Shown: in pieces, positions 50,927 through 63,751 of the stretch
How positions within the stretch are numbered: the first letter of the stretch is position 1
Layout of the letters: each line of letters begins with the position of its first letter
Assembly: GCF_006345805.1 (NCBI RefSeq)
Contig: NC_042997.1
Span: forward strand, 156,178,001 to 156,242,000
DNA length: 64,000 bases
Direction: 5' to 3'
Source of the DNA: Octopus sinensis
Taxonomy: Eukaryota
Translations under genes and position numbers: made by a program
Notes under the pieces: model-generated
The model's database searches: none
The model's input: the letters and a program-made list of their open reading frames with translations, nothing else
What the model was told of the DNA's origin: nothing

Positions 50927-52192
50927 CAGGGGTTGGACAAAATAACGGAAATACCTAGCATCAAAGCATCATAATTTTGAAATATCTATAAAACTGTCAA
51001 AAGCTTGTTTATTTCTATGTTTTTTTTTATTTATTATTAGTGTTGCTTAATATGTTTTACTGAAATTGCTGTTACTTTTCAGATATCAAAAGGTAATTAA
51101 AATTCATTAAACTGACGGATCTATCAAAATTTCAAAGAGATCAAATTGTTGGTGCTTGTATGGCAGGTGCTAGCATAATGAAAACAGCTGAACTGTTTGG
51201 TGTATCAAGAAGTACTGTCTCAAAAGTAATGACAGCCTTTGAGAAAGAAGGAAAAACCTCTTCATCAAAACTCCGGAAGAAAACCAAAACTTTCAGATAA
51301 GGACCGTCAGACTCTTACGGAAATTGTTAGAAAGGATCACAGAAGTACAGCTCCCAAAATGATTGCAGAGCTAAATGAACACCTTGAGAACCCAGTTTCC
51401 ACAAAAACTGTTTGCTGGGACCAGCACAAAGCCGGATTTCATGGGAGGGCTGCAATCAGAAAACCACTACTTTCAAAAACAAACGTTGCAAAGCATTTAG
51501 AGTGGAGTTAAAACCTACAGACTTGGTCCCTAGAGCAGTGGAAGAATGTTATTTTCTCTAACGAGTCATCCTTTACCTTATTTCCGACCAACAGCTGAGT
51601 ATGGATACGGAGACAGCCAAAAGAAGCATTTGACCCAGACTGCCTTCTTCCAACTGTAAAACATGGAGGAGGATCTGTGATGATCTGGGGAGCTATATTT
51701 TGGAAATCCACTGGCCCAATGGTTTTGTTCATGTTAGAATTAATAGTCAAGACTATTTAAGCATTTTATCTAATCAAATTCATCCTATGGTTGCAAAAAT
51801 GTTTCCAGAGAGAAATGCAATTTTTCAGGATGGTAATGCACCAATTCACACAGCTAAAGTTGTTACCAAATGGCATGAGGAACATTCTAGTGAAGTTGAA
51901 CATATCTTATCTAGCCACCACAGGCCCCAGATCTCAATATTATTGAACATTTATGGCGCATTTTAGAAAAAACAAGTAAGGAATCGATATCCTCCAATAT
52001 CATCACTACAAGAACTGGAGACTGTTTTAATTGAAGAATGGACAAAAATTCCTTTGGAAACAATTCAAACTTTGTACGAGTTTATGCCTCATAGAACTGA
52101 AGCTGTAATTACTGCTAAAGGCGGTCCTTCCCTATATCAAAATAAATTTGTCTGAAATTTTAAGATGTTTCCATTATTTTGTGCAACTCCTG
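50927..52192 (+). mobile_element. Full-length (1266 bp) Tc1 transposon with disrupted DD34E transposase
   Basis: TA|caggggttggacaaaataacggaaa ... tttccattattttgtgcaactcctg|TA; FSNES (first D changed to N), FQDGNAPIHTA, PDLNIIEHLW; frameshifts and stops. Confidence 0.95.
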
Positions 52193-54246
52193 TAAATACA
52201 TATAAATATTTATATTGTACACACACATGTATGTGTGTGTGTATAGCCTTTGTCACTGTATATTGCCACATTTGGCCACCCTTGATGTTTACAGCATTGG
52301 TGATACATATCACCAAAGATATAAACATCCACAATGACTCCAAATGTGTTGAGGTATTTAGGTGAGTGTGCATGGGTGTATATTTACACTTTACTCTTTT
52401 ACTCTTTTACTTGTTTCAGTCATTTGACTGTGGCCATGCTGGAGCACTGCCTTTAGTCGAGCAAATCGACCCCAGGACTTATTATTTGTAAGCCTAGTAC
52501 TTATTCTATCAGTCTCTATTGCTGAACCGCTAAGTTACGGGGATGTAAACACACCAGCATTGGTTGTCAAGCGATGTCGGAGGGACAAACACAGACACAC
52601 AAACAAACACACACACACACATATATATACATACGACTGGCTTATTTCAGTTTCCATCTACCAAATCCACTCACAAGGCTTTGGTTGGCCCAAGGCTATA
52701 GTGGAAGACACTTGCCCAAGGTGCCACACAGTGGGACTGAATCCGGAACCATGTGGTTGTTAAGCAAGCTACTTACCACACAGCCACTCCTGCGCCTTTG
52801 GTGACAAAATGTGTAAATTTGTATATTTAAAAGTATACATTTTTATATTTTATATTGATATATTCATATATTTTTCAAGTGTGCAAATATAAGTGTACAC
52901 ATGTCGGGTGAGTGTGTCTTGTTTAGAGCAACTTAATGAATAGATGTATTGGCTGAATATGGGGGCTTCTGTATTATGATCTCTGATGTTTACATATTCA
53001 ATTGCGTGGGCAGCACATTGTTTGAACACTTGTGAATTATTTTGTTGAGTGAATGCATGGATGCATGATGGTTAGTGTGTCTTTGCATATGGCAGGGTGT
53101 TTATGAAAATTTAATATATGTGCACATGTTTTGCCTTCAGTTTGTTTTAGTTTATGCCCTTTTAAGATTTCAAATATTTTAACACTAACCTCCCACACTT
53201 CTACTGTTTAGTTCACGTTCCTATTACTCTAAAAACATTCAGCTTTCTCCAGAAAGATCCATAAATGCCTGTCAAATCTCCTCCATTTAAATAAACCTTT
53301 AAATAATTTACCTCATTAAGTGTGCCTCTTTCTCTTTACTTTTCCTGCAATACACTAAATCGTATCTAATTTCTACATTCAATGGTGAATTCACTGATCT
53401 CATCTGTAAAGTTTTACTATTTTTTCTCTAAACTCCATAACTGCTGCCATCACCTCTGTCATCATTGTCATCACCACCACCACCACTACTACTGTTGTCA
53501 CCATCATCATTATCATACACAACACTTAATATCTGCTACCATGCTGGCATGAGTTGAAAGGTCTGCAAGAGCTAGCAAACCAGAGGACTGTGCCAAGCTC
53601 TGTCGTCAGTTTTGACATGGTTTCTACAGCTGGATACCCTTCCTAATACCAACCAATTCATAGAGTCTACTGGGTGTTTTTTTTTTCGTAGCACAAGCAC
53701 CAGTGGGATCCCCAACTAACTTACAAGACAAAGTCCCCTCGACTGGGAGAGTAGTTTAGAGGAAGAAGGCTTTGTGCCAGTTGAGAGCTTAAAAGAATAA
53801 TAGAGAGATAGTGATAGGTGTTTTGCTATAGAAAAGATGCAAGAATACTGCAGTTGGAGAGTAAGGGAGAGAAAGAGAGACTTTGAGAGCGAGATAGAGA
53901 TGGAGAGAGTGTGAGAGAGATGGTAACCTTCTTACTGCCTAAAATTACTTGTACCATTCTACCTGAATAGTGTGAGAACTTTGGTTTGATAATAAGTAGA
54001 TTATCAAATCAATAAATTAATATGTTTATCTTGCTTTAATTTTATTTCTCTTCTCCACTTGTTTTGACTTTAACATTCCATTGTCTATTTATCATTTATC
54101 ATTTACTTGTTTCGGTATTTTTTTTTTCAAAGCCTGGTACTTATTTTACTGGTCTCTTTTGCAAAACCACTGTTATGGGGATGTAAACAAACCTCCACCA
54201 CTTGTCAAGTGGTAGTTGGGAACAAACACACACACACACACGCACG

Positions 54247-54311
<65 letters not shown>

Positions 54312-55040
54312 ATACACATCACAGGCTTCTTTCAGTTTCTCTCTACCAAATCCACTTACAAGCCTTTGGTCAACTTTAGTCAGTGCTATAGTAGAAGACA
54401 CTTGCCCAAGGTCTCACACTGTGGAACTGAGCCCAGAAACCATGTGGTTGGGAAGCAAACTTCTTACCACACAGCCACACCTGTGCCTATTGCTAACAAT
54501 TATTCGAAAGTTTGGTTGTGTCCATCTCTTTTATTGAATTCCTACAAACTATCATTTTCCTCCGGCTTTGAAATTGCCCACCAATATCATCATCATCATC
54601 ATCATCATCATCGTTTAACATCCGCTTTCCATGCTGGCATGGGTTGGACAGTTTAACTGAGGGCTGGCAAGCCAGAAGGCTACACCTGGCTCCAATCTGA
54701 TCTGGCATGGTTTCTACAGCTGGATGCTCTTCCTAATACCAACCACTCCAAGAATGTAGTGGGGACTTTTTTACGTCCACTGGCATGGAAGCCAGTCAGG
54801 TGGCACTGGCATTGACCACACTCGAATGGTGCTTTTTATGTGCCACCAGCACAGATGCCAGCCAGATGGCACTGGCATCAGTCCTGCTCATTTGGTGCTT
54901 TTTATGTGCCAGCAGCAGTAGCATTGACCACGCTCGAATGGTGCTTTTTACATGCCACCGGCACAGTTTTTGTTTTTCTTTTTTTTTAATTATTTTACCT
55001 CTAATAGTCGATTTCTACTTCTGAGCCATGTGCCTTCTGT

Positions 55041-55376
55041 GAAGGCACATGGCTCAGTGGCTAGAGTGTCAAGCTTATGGTCGTGAGGTTGTGAGTTCGA
55101 ATCCCGGACTGGGCTGCGTGTTATGTTCTTGAGCAAGACACTTTATTTCACATTCCTCCAGTTCACTCAGCTGTAGAAATGAGTTGTGATGTTACAGGTG
55201 CCAAGCTGTATCTGCTGTTGCCTTTCCCTTGGATAACACTGGTGGCATGGAGAGGGGAGGCTGGTATGCATGGGCGACTGCTGCTCTTCCATAAACAACC
55301 TTGCTTGGATTTGTGCCTGGGAGGGTAACTTTCTTGGCGCAATCCCATGGTCAGTCATGACCAAAGGGGGTCTCAA
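55041..55376 (+). mobile_element. tRNA-derived SINE family D
   Basis: A box tggctcagtgg, B box gagttcgaatccc, core ttgagcaagacact. Confidence 0.85.
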
Positions 55377-56864
55377 AATAGTCTACTTCTATGCTAATTT
55401 CTAGGATTTTCTCTTCCCCATATCTTGGTAATGTAACTTTTCCAGTTCATATGCATATATATAGGGCCATGTTTGCATTTTCAGTTATTGCATAATCTTG
55501 TATGAGTGTGTGTTGCTATACTTGTACTTGTAGAGAATGAGTGTTTAACCCTTTTGATACCAACCTGCTTGAGACTGCTTCTACAAATTGCCTATTTGAA
55601 TGTGATCAATATTGAAAGCTCTTGTAATGATTTTTAGCAATTACACAAATCTCGGGAAAAATAAGAAATAAGCAAAAGAAGAAAAGAAAAGAACAAACAA
55701 AATAAATCATTTACTAGTTAACCCTTATATACCCCTGGTTGTGTTTTCACAATGCAAAACCTTCTCCTACCTGTTTGAACATGAACTCGCATCTTACTGA
55801 GCTTACGACACCCGTAGCTAATAGTTGCATACTGTCCTTTTCTTGCCATAACGTTTAATCTAAATACAGCAACATTTTAAGACTTCATTTTTTATGGCCA
55901 TATATGGGTTAAGACTATATATCTTCAGTGGAAAGATTATGATTTTATTGAAGATTAAGATTGAAGGTAATAAAGATTATTTAAGATTAATGATTATTTT
56001 AAATTAAAAATGTAAGATAATTTAAGATTAATTTAAGGATAAATGATTATGAATATTAATTAAAACTGAGATTTTGTTTTTGAGGATTGTAGAGATTATT
56101 TAAGATTAAAGATGATTAAAGATTAAGATTATTTAAAAATTAAGACATTGAAAATTAAAATTTTATTTCCCTATTGCAATGATGAAGGTTATGGATCTAC
56201 GGTTGTGTTGTTTCTTTGGAAATGTCTAAAGCACAAAATATCCAATACTTCTTTTATATTCTTTATTTCTGTTCTGTGCAGTGCTGCACAGTGGCCCATC
56301 CTTGGGTGGCTCTTGTAGCATTAACAAATTACATCGGCCCAAGTGTTTCACTGGTACTTAATTTATCGACTCAAGAAGAATGAAAGGCAATGTCAATCTC
56401 AGCAGAATTTGAATTCAGAACATGAACACAGGTGAAATACCACCAAGCATTTTGTCCAGCATGCTAAGATTCTGCCTGTTCACCACGTTAATAATAATAA
56501 TAATAACAATAACAACAACAACAACAATAATAATAATCTTTTCTACTCTAGGCACAAAGCCTGAAATTTTTTGGTGGAGGGGCCAGTCGATTAGATTGAC
56601 CCCAGTATGCTACTGGTACTTAATTTATCAACCCCAAAAGGATGAAAGGCAAAGTTGACCTTGGCTGAATTTGAACTTAGAACACAAAGACAGACGAAAT
56701 ACTTCTAAACATTTTGCCCGGCATGCTAATAGTTCTTCCAGCTCACCGCCTTAATAATGATATATTGATCCCAGTGTTTCACTGGTACTTAATTTATCAA
56801 CCCCGAAAGGATGAAAGGCAAAGTCAACCTCAGCGGAATCATATATAATAATAATAATAATAAC

Positions 56865-56924
<60 letters not shown>

Positions 56925-57086
56925 GATAATGATAATGGTTTCAAATTTTGCCACAAGGGCAGCAATTTTGGGGGAGTGGATGAATTGGTTACATTGGCCC
57001 CAGTGTTTCACTGGTACTTTATTTATTAACCCTGAAAGGATGGAAGGCAAAGTCAACCTTGGCAGAATTTGAACTCAATGATAATA

Positions 57087-57117
<31 letters not shown>

Positions 57118-57177
57118 AATAATAATAATAATGATAATAATAATAATAATAATGATATTAATAATAATAATAATGAT

Positions 57178-57630
57178 AAAAGTTTGCTTATTGATCGACA
57201 TGAGCATCCCCTGTGATCATAATATCTCAGCGAAAGAGTTTGACAAGCTCAGAAAATATAAAAGACCTACTCATTGAAATTGAGAAAATGTGGCATCTCA
57301 AGGCGGCTACAATACCAGTGATCGTAGGAGCACTAGGAATGATCAAGAAGGGAACCGAAAATTATATGAGAATGATCCCTGGCTTACCATCCCTGCAAGA
57401 AGTGCAAAAGATTGTCTTAACTGGTACATCACACGTATTGAGAAGAGCATTGTCGATGTGAGAACTGTTGTTGCTCATGTATTTTAATTTAACTTAAAAA
57501 AAAAAAAAATGAACGAACTATTGAGTTGGTTTAATGGCCTACCAATGTATACTATGAGTTTCTTTGCCCTAGGAGTCGGGAAGACACTCGGCAAGAATGG
57601 AAGCAAATTTGAAAGAAGAAAAAAAAAGTA
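57178..57630 (+). mobile_element. R4/Dong-type non-LTR retrotransposon 3' end (restriction-like endonuclease), inside (TAA)n
   Basis: KVCLLIDMSIPCDHNISAKEFDKLRKY/KDLLIEIEKMWHLKAATIPVIVGALGMIKKG..EVQKIVLTGTSHVLRRALSM*; (AAT)n on both sides. Confidence 0.85.
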
Positions 57631-57718
57631 ATAATAAAATAATAATAATAATAATAATATAATAATAATGATATTAATAATAATGATATTAATAATAATA
57701 ATGATAATAATAATAATA

Positions 57719-57766
<48 letters not shown>

Positions 57767-58797
57767 TAATAATAATAATAATGAAATAAGAATCTTTTAA
57801 AAAATGCAAATGAAATTCTTATTTTTAAAACATCATCACAACTTATTTTTGAAGCTAAAGTAACAACAATAATAATAATAATTTATTACAATAAATGTGT
57901 TTGTCTTCATTTACTATGTCTTCTTATAATTCAATATTATTTGGCAAAATGTTGAAAATGAAAGGTTAATGTTATGAAGGCTGTGTCTTCATTACTTGAC
58001 ATTGAGTCTGAATTAACTGTAGCCATCTGACATTCGAGATAATATTTAATCCCCTCTCTTGAGAGATAGCCTATAACATCAGAAGAACATTGAGTCATGA
58101 GGCTAGGCTATAGGTTATTGTTGAAGCTGATTGAGAGAATGCCAAGACTACATACATAGTTATTGCAGCAAAGAAATTCCCCATGTCTTATTATTCATAC
58201 GATTGGTCAAACTGACGGGTCGAATTCCTTTTATATCTGATTGGTCAGTTTCCTCTATAGATGACAGATCTATGATAAAGAGAGCGAGAAAGGGAGAGAA
58301 AGAAAGAGAGAGAGGGGTTAGAAAGAGAGGGCACGTGAGGGAGAGAAGAGAGTAGAGTTGCTAAGAAATGCCAAGATTAAGCAATGTAATAGAAAAGAAA
58401 TTGTTGGAAGAGTTGCAAGAGAGAACGCAGAGGCTAAAGTAAACTAGAAAGAGGTGATTTTATACAGACTTGCTCCATTGTATCAGGTTTGGGAAATATA
58501 AAAACATGACTGGTGAAGAGAATAAAGACGATGACAAGGACAACAATGAGAATTATAATTTGGCTCACCATTATTTTCTTGTGGTTCAATTGATCATCAG
58601 CATGAGGGATCTTCAACATGATTGTTCACCCTACCAGAAATAGTATATTTCTAATCCTAATTTCTATCTAATTGTAGCAGCCAATTCCCTCAAATCAGCA
58701 TGTGCTGTCTGAAATTTAGAAAGGATACAGGGTGGTCACAGATGGATATCTTTTGATCATTGGTTGACTCAATGAAAATTGACCAGCAGCAACAACA

Positions 58798-59177
58798 GTG
58801 GAGGCACAATGGCCCAGTGGTTAGGGCAGCGGACTCGCAGTCGGAGGATCGTGGTTTTGATTCCCAGACCAGGCGTTGTGTGTGTTTATTGAGCGAAAAC
58901 ACCTAAAGCTCCACGAAGCTCCGGCAGGGACTGGTGGCAATCCCCGTTGTATTCTTTCACTCCAACTTTCTCTCACTCTTTCTTCCTGTTTCTTGTCCCC
59001 GACTTCCTATGCAACCGCTGAGCCTGGATGCATATTCATCCATCCGTCGATGCTCTCGGTGTCAGGGGTTGGCCTGCTTTCTCTTCTGCGGGTCTTACAA
59101 ATAGCAAAGGACCACGTTTCGGACTTCTCCCACTACAGACGGGACAAAGACCGCTTCGCTCAACAAACAAACAAACA
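58798..59177 (+). mobile_element. tRNA-derived SINE family E with 13-bp TSD
   Basis: tggcccagtggttagggcagcggactcgc head; TSD agcagcaacaaca at 58785-58797 and 59178-59190. Confidence 0.85.
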
Positions 59178-60187
59178 AGCAGCAACAACAAGAAAAATAA
59201 ATGATTGCATCAACAAAGAAGCCGCTTCATGATTGCTTGACTTGGTAGAAATAGCTGCCAAATTTCCTTTAAATCAAACCCTACTATCTTGAATAAGGAG
59301 CTATCCAACTAGAAATAGCAGGTTATTTCTAAGCCTAATTTTTAAATCTACTAAAAGTAGCAGTTAATGTTCCTTAAAATTACAACCTACTGTTTGATAT
59401 CTAGAAAGGACAGATAAAATAATGTAGTTCTGTCAATCATTAATGTGGCAGAGTGATCACAGTTTGAATGCCTTTGATTATTGGTCTGCATAAGACTGAC
59501 CATCACCACTGCCACCAAAAACAACAACAACAACAACAACAATAAACAATCATTGAGCAAAGAAATGAACCTCTTTGTGACTGCTTGGCTTGCTAGAAAT
59601 AACAGCCATATCTCCCTCAAATCACACCCTGCCATCTTAGCTAAAGAATCATTTATGCCCTTTAATCCAAAATAGCTGATTATTTGTTGTTACTGTTTTG
59701 TCCAAAGTTTAACTCTGATTAAGCAGACACAAAGAGTGTTTATGCTAAGTTTGACAATTTTGCTTATGCCTCCTTTTTTCCAGGAACAACTTGATGTATT
59801 GGTGAACAGTCAAAGGCATTGGAGAGCATAGAGATTAAAGTTGTAATTGAGAAAAAGTTGGCTGACATAGAGCACTGGAAGCCAATAGAATATTGGGAAA
59901 GAGTTACCTGTATGACGATGATTCATACTGGGTATCAAAATGTTGACATCATGATTGCTGCTGCTGTTGTTGTTGTTGTTGTTAAGCAACAAGATGGGTA
60001 AGGGTGATTAGGTGATGGTCTAGGGCTTAGGGGCGGAAGACCCCAGACCTTGGAAAAAAAATCTTTGGTCATCTTGTTGTAATTGAGGGCTCTTTGTTGA
60101 TGCCCGACACCACTAGGAGGTGACCCTCAAAGTCACTGGATATGGAGATCTCCAGGTCCAAATTTTTGAACAGCCACTGCTGCTGCT

Positions 60188-60543
60188 TGTTTATTTGTTG
60201 AGCAAAGTGGTCTTCATCCTAGAAGTCCGAAACGTGGTTCTTTGCTATTCGTCAGACCCACAGAAGAGAAAGCAGGTCAACCCCCGACACCGAGAGCATT
60301 GACGGATGGATGAATGCACATCCAGGCTCAGCGGTTGCGTAGAAAGTCGGGGAGAAGAAACAGGAAGAAAGAATGAGAGAAAGTTGGAGCAAAAGAGTAC
60401 AACAGGGGTAACCACCATCCCCTGCCGGAGCCTTGTGGAGCTTTAGGTGTTTTTGCTCAATAAACACACACAACGCCCGGTCTGGGGATTGGAAACCGCG
60501 ATCCTCCGACCGCGAGTCCACTGCCCTAGTCATTGGGCCATTG
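60188..60543 (-). mobile_element. SINE family E, inverted copy, flanked by ~220-bp direct repeats
   Basis: Reverse complement of 58798-59177; flanking repeats at 59964-60187 and 60544-60764. Confidence 0.85.
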
Positions 60544-60676
60544 CTGTTGTTGTTGTTGTTAAGCAACAAGATGGGTAAGGGTGATTAGGTGATGGTCTAG
60601 GGCTTAGGGGCGGGAGACCCCAGACCTTGGAAAAAAAAACTTTGGTCGTCTTGTTGTAGTTGAGGGCTTTTCATTA

Positions 60677-61800
60677 ATGCCTGACACCACTGGGAGGTCG
60701 CCCTCGAAGTCGCTGGATATGGAGATCTCCAGATCCAAATTCTTGAACGGCTGCTGCTGCTGCTCAATGTTCTGTGAACGCTGTAAACACTGTAAGATGT
60801 GATATGGACAGCTACAACAGAGATTATGAAGCTATGACCAGCAGGAAAGGACACAGCAGGTGTTCTGACTACATCCACATGCTCTAATTCACCAACTGCA
60901 GGTCAAGGTGATGGAAGATCCAAGCAAGAGAATCTGGGCTTTGACAAGAGTCACTACCATGAAGCTGGCCCTGAATGAGGAACTTTGCTACCACTCATAC
61001 AAGAGGAAGCACGAGGGACAAATTCTGACAGCTAAGGCCAAGGAGAACCAATTGATGAAAGCAAAGAAGCTCCTAAACAAGCTGAAGCATCCTGTTAAGC
61101 TAGGGATGATCTGGTTCTTCTCAGACGAAAAGAATTTCTGCCAGGAACAGTTGTGCAACATCAAGAACAACAAGCGGCTTACCTACAATCATGTGATGTC
61201 CTATGTACCCTGAAAACCAGGTTGCCCTAAACTGTCATGGTCTTTGGGTATGTCACCAGTGAGAGTAATGTTATACAACCCCACATCTTTGTACAGGGCC
61301 TTATGCTCAATACAGATGGCTATGTGAAGCTGCTGGAGACTGGTCAATCTCTGGATGCTCTGGGTGCTCCTGGAGGACCATATATGTGGTATCAAGATTA
61401 GGGGCCATGCCATATCTTCAGAAAGTGTTAGAAGTGGTTGTTGAGGATTTCTATGACTTCACCAGCCCCAATTGTTGGCCCTTTAATTTGCCTTGATTGC
61501 AATCCCATGTGTGAGGGATATGGTTGAGAAAGACACCAACTGCTTTGCCTGTAACATCAAGGCTGAGTTGGTGGCCAAGATCAAGGAGGTATTTGAAGAT
61601 CTTCCCAGAAACACAGATTCCAGAGCTATCTTGAGGCCATGGTGGAAGCTAAGGGTGGCTATGTTGAGCAAACTGTTATCTCCCAGCCTTATTAATCTAG
61701 TTAATATCTTCTGATTTGTTAAAATGCTTTATTTTTAGATGGGATATTGTGTTTTCCCTTCCTTTAATGTAAACTGTTAAATTTAGCCCAAACACCCTAG
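60677..61800 (+). mobile_element. Decayed maT/DD37D-like (Tc1/mariner superfamily) transposase
   Basis: DYEAMTSRKGHSRCSD; LKHPVKLGMIWFFSDEKNF; VMVFGYVTSE; YMWYQD; PDCNPM; AELVAKIKEVFEDLPR. The subfamily call is inferred from motifs. Confidence 0.75.
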
Positions 61801-61941
61801 AAAATTCTGAACTACATTATCCAACATATCTGTCCTTCCTTTTCCTAAGATTATGGTGTTTGGTATGCAGTTACTTCTAGCTGATTGAGCAACTACATAT
61901 AGATTACTTCACTGGGTCATCTAACTTTATGTAAGAGGAGA

Positions 61942-62634
61942 AGATGATAATGAAATAAAAGAAAGTAATTTTTTTCTAAAATTACTCTCACTAGCACAAG
62001 ACTACTAATTACTAATTTGATATTTTAATTGCTTCAGTCAATGAAATGCAGCCATGCTGGGGCACAACCTTAGGAGTTTAGTCAAACAAATCAAACCCAG
62101 TAGTCAAGTGATGGTGGTGAAAGGATGAACACAAATACAGAGAGACACATACATATATGTATGATGAGCTTCCACACAGTTTCCATCTACCAAATCCAGC
62201 TTGGGGCTATAGTAGAAGACACTTGTCCAATGTGTCATGCAATGGGACTGAACCTGAAACCATGTGGTTGCAAAGCAAACTTCCTAACCATACAAACATG
62301 CTTTGCAACCACATGGTTTCAGGTTCAGTCCCATTGCATGACACATTGGACAAGTGTCTTCTACTATAGCCCCAAGCTGGATTTGGTAGATGGAAACTGT
62401 GTGGAAGCTCATCATACATATATGTATGTGTCTCTCTGTATTTGTGCTCATCCTTTCACCACCATCACTTGACTACTGGGATTGATTTGTTTGACTAAAC
62501 TCCTAAGGTTGTGCCCCAGCATGGCTGCATTTCATTGACTGAAGCAATTAAAATATCAAATTAGTAATTAGTATTCTTGTGCTAGTGAGAGTAATTTTAG
62601 AAAAAAATTACTTTCTTTTACTTCATTATCATCT
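61942..62634. repeat. Fold-back inverted duplication: 336-bp arms (61942-62277 / 62299-62634), 21-nt loop
   Basis: Only about 4 mismatches found by eye; arms include non-SINE flank as well as SINE sequence. Confidence 0.95.
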
Positions 62635-62961
62635 ACCTCATTATCATCTACATGGGTACAAGTTGTTGACAGACAAGCAAAGGTGTCTCTGATAGGATTT
62701 AAACTCAGAATTTGAAAGAATGAAACTAAATCCTGTTAAATACTTAGTCTGGTGCTCCAGCACTTTATGCTAATATATTTCCATCAAATAAAAAATTTGA
62801 CAATTGTAACATATTTTTATCTTCAAACATTTACTTGTATTAGTTACTAGACTGTGACCATGCTAGTGCACCTCCTTAAAGGGTGCAAAAATTAATCAAA
62901 CATTTTTTAGGGGTTCAGAGCACAGAAAAGGTTGAGAGTCACTGCCCCAAATTATGCATAC

Positions 62962-63004
<43 letters not shown>

Positions 63005-63277
63005 GGTAACTAGAATGTGGAATCTAAAAACAGAAACAATTCCTATCATAGTAGGTGCATTAGGCATGATAAAAAAATATTCAGACAAATACATAACAAA
63101 AACACCAGGACTTACAAACATATATAACATACAGAAAATTGCACTACTAGGCACTGCACACATCCTACGCAGAACACTTTCCATACAGTAACCATCAGAG
63201 CATCACAATAAATCACAGACACACAGAGCTGCGCTTGGTAGTGAAGTGAAAGCACGTTATAAAAATAAAGCTACTGA
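63005..63277 (+). mobile_element. Second, distinct R4/Dong-type 3' end inside (TAA)n
   Basis: VTRMWNLKTETIPIIVGALGMIKKYSDKYITKTPGLTNIYNIQKIALLGTAHILRRTLSIQ*; (AAT)n on both sides. Confidence 0.85.
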
Positions 63278-63410
63278 ATGATAATAATAATAATAATGAT
63301 AATAATAATAATAATAAGAAGAAGAAGAAGATTATATAGGACTGAGGTAACTCCTCCAGAAGTTATAGAGATATAAATAGAAGAGTGCCATAGTTATCAT
63401 GTGAAATTAG

Positions 63411-63453
63411 TTGAACGATATTTCGGCATCTAGCATGCCTTCCTCAGGTTCAA
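63411..63453 (-). ncRNA. Minimal type I hammerhead ribozyme, canonical core
   Basis: uugaac-CUGAGGA-a-GGCAU gcuag AUGCC-GAAA-U-A-U-C/-guucaa: 6-bp stem I, 5-bp stem II, palindromic helix III, AUC triplet. Confidence 0.85.
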
Positions 63454-63708
63454 AAATTACATGTCAGTCTACTTCAATTTTTTTTGTTAAGATTATATAG
63501 GACTGAGGTAACTCCTCCAGAAGTTATAGAGAAATATATAGAAGAGTGCCATAGTTAATAAATAGCTAGATGCCGAAATAATGTTCAACTAATTTCACAT
63601 GATAACTATGGCACTCTTCTATTTATATCTCTATAACTTCTGGAGGAGTTACCTCAGTCCTATATAATCTTAACCCCAAAAAAAAAGAAATAGACTGAAA
63701 TGTAATTT

Positions 63709-63751
63709 TTGAACCTGTGGAAGGCATGCTAGATGCCGAAATATCGTTCAA
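63709..63751 (+). ncRNA. Same hammerhead with A6U core change (CUGUGGA)
   Basis: ttgaacctgtggaaggcatgctagatgccgaaatatcgttcaa. Confidence 0.65.

Noticed and set aside
53312-55859. Two minus-strand exon-like segments (55859-55771 LNVMARKGQYATISYGCRKLSKMRVHVQT; 53403-53312)
   Set aside because: Phases are incompatible, there is no homology, and such sites are expected by chance in AT-rich DNA
58201-58247. Two CCAAT boxes 38 bp apart with a TATAAAA on the minus strand
   Set aside because: Spacing is atypical for a promoter and no downstream gene is supported
58434-58619. 61-aa ORF with a transmembrane-like stretch
   Set aside because: The hydrophobic run comes from antisense reading of GAC/AAC-rich sequence; no homology
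59771-59830. Strong splice acceptor ccttttttccag followed by EQLDVLVNSQRHWRA*
   Set aside because: No supporting upstream exon or homology
60193-60246. gcaaag...gtccGAAACGTG...ctttgc in the SINE E tail resembling an HHR 3' half
   Set aside because: No CUGANGA-like core, and position 17 is G
698-63184. Long ORFs rich in IYLS, CV, HT, poly-V/S/I/N/Y
   Set aside because: Translations of microsatellites or SINEs; no coding signal
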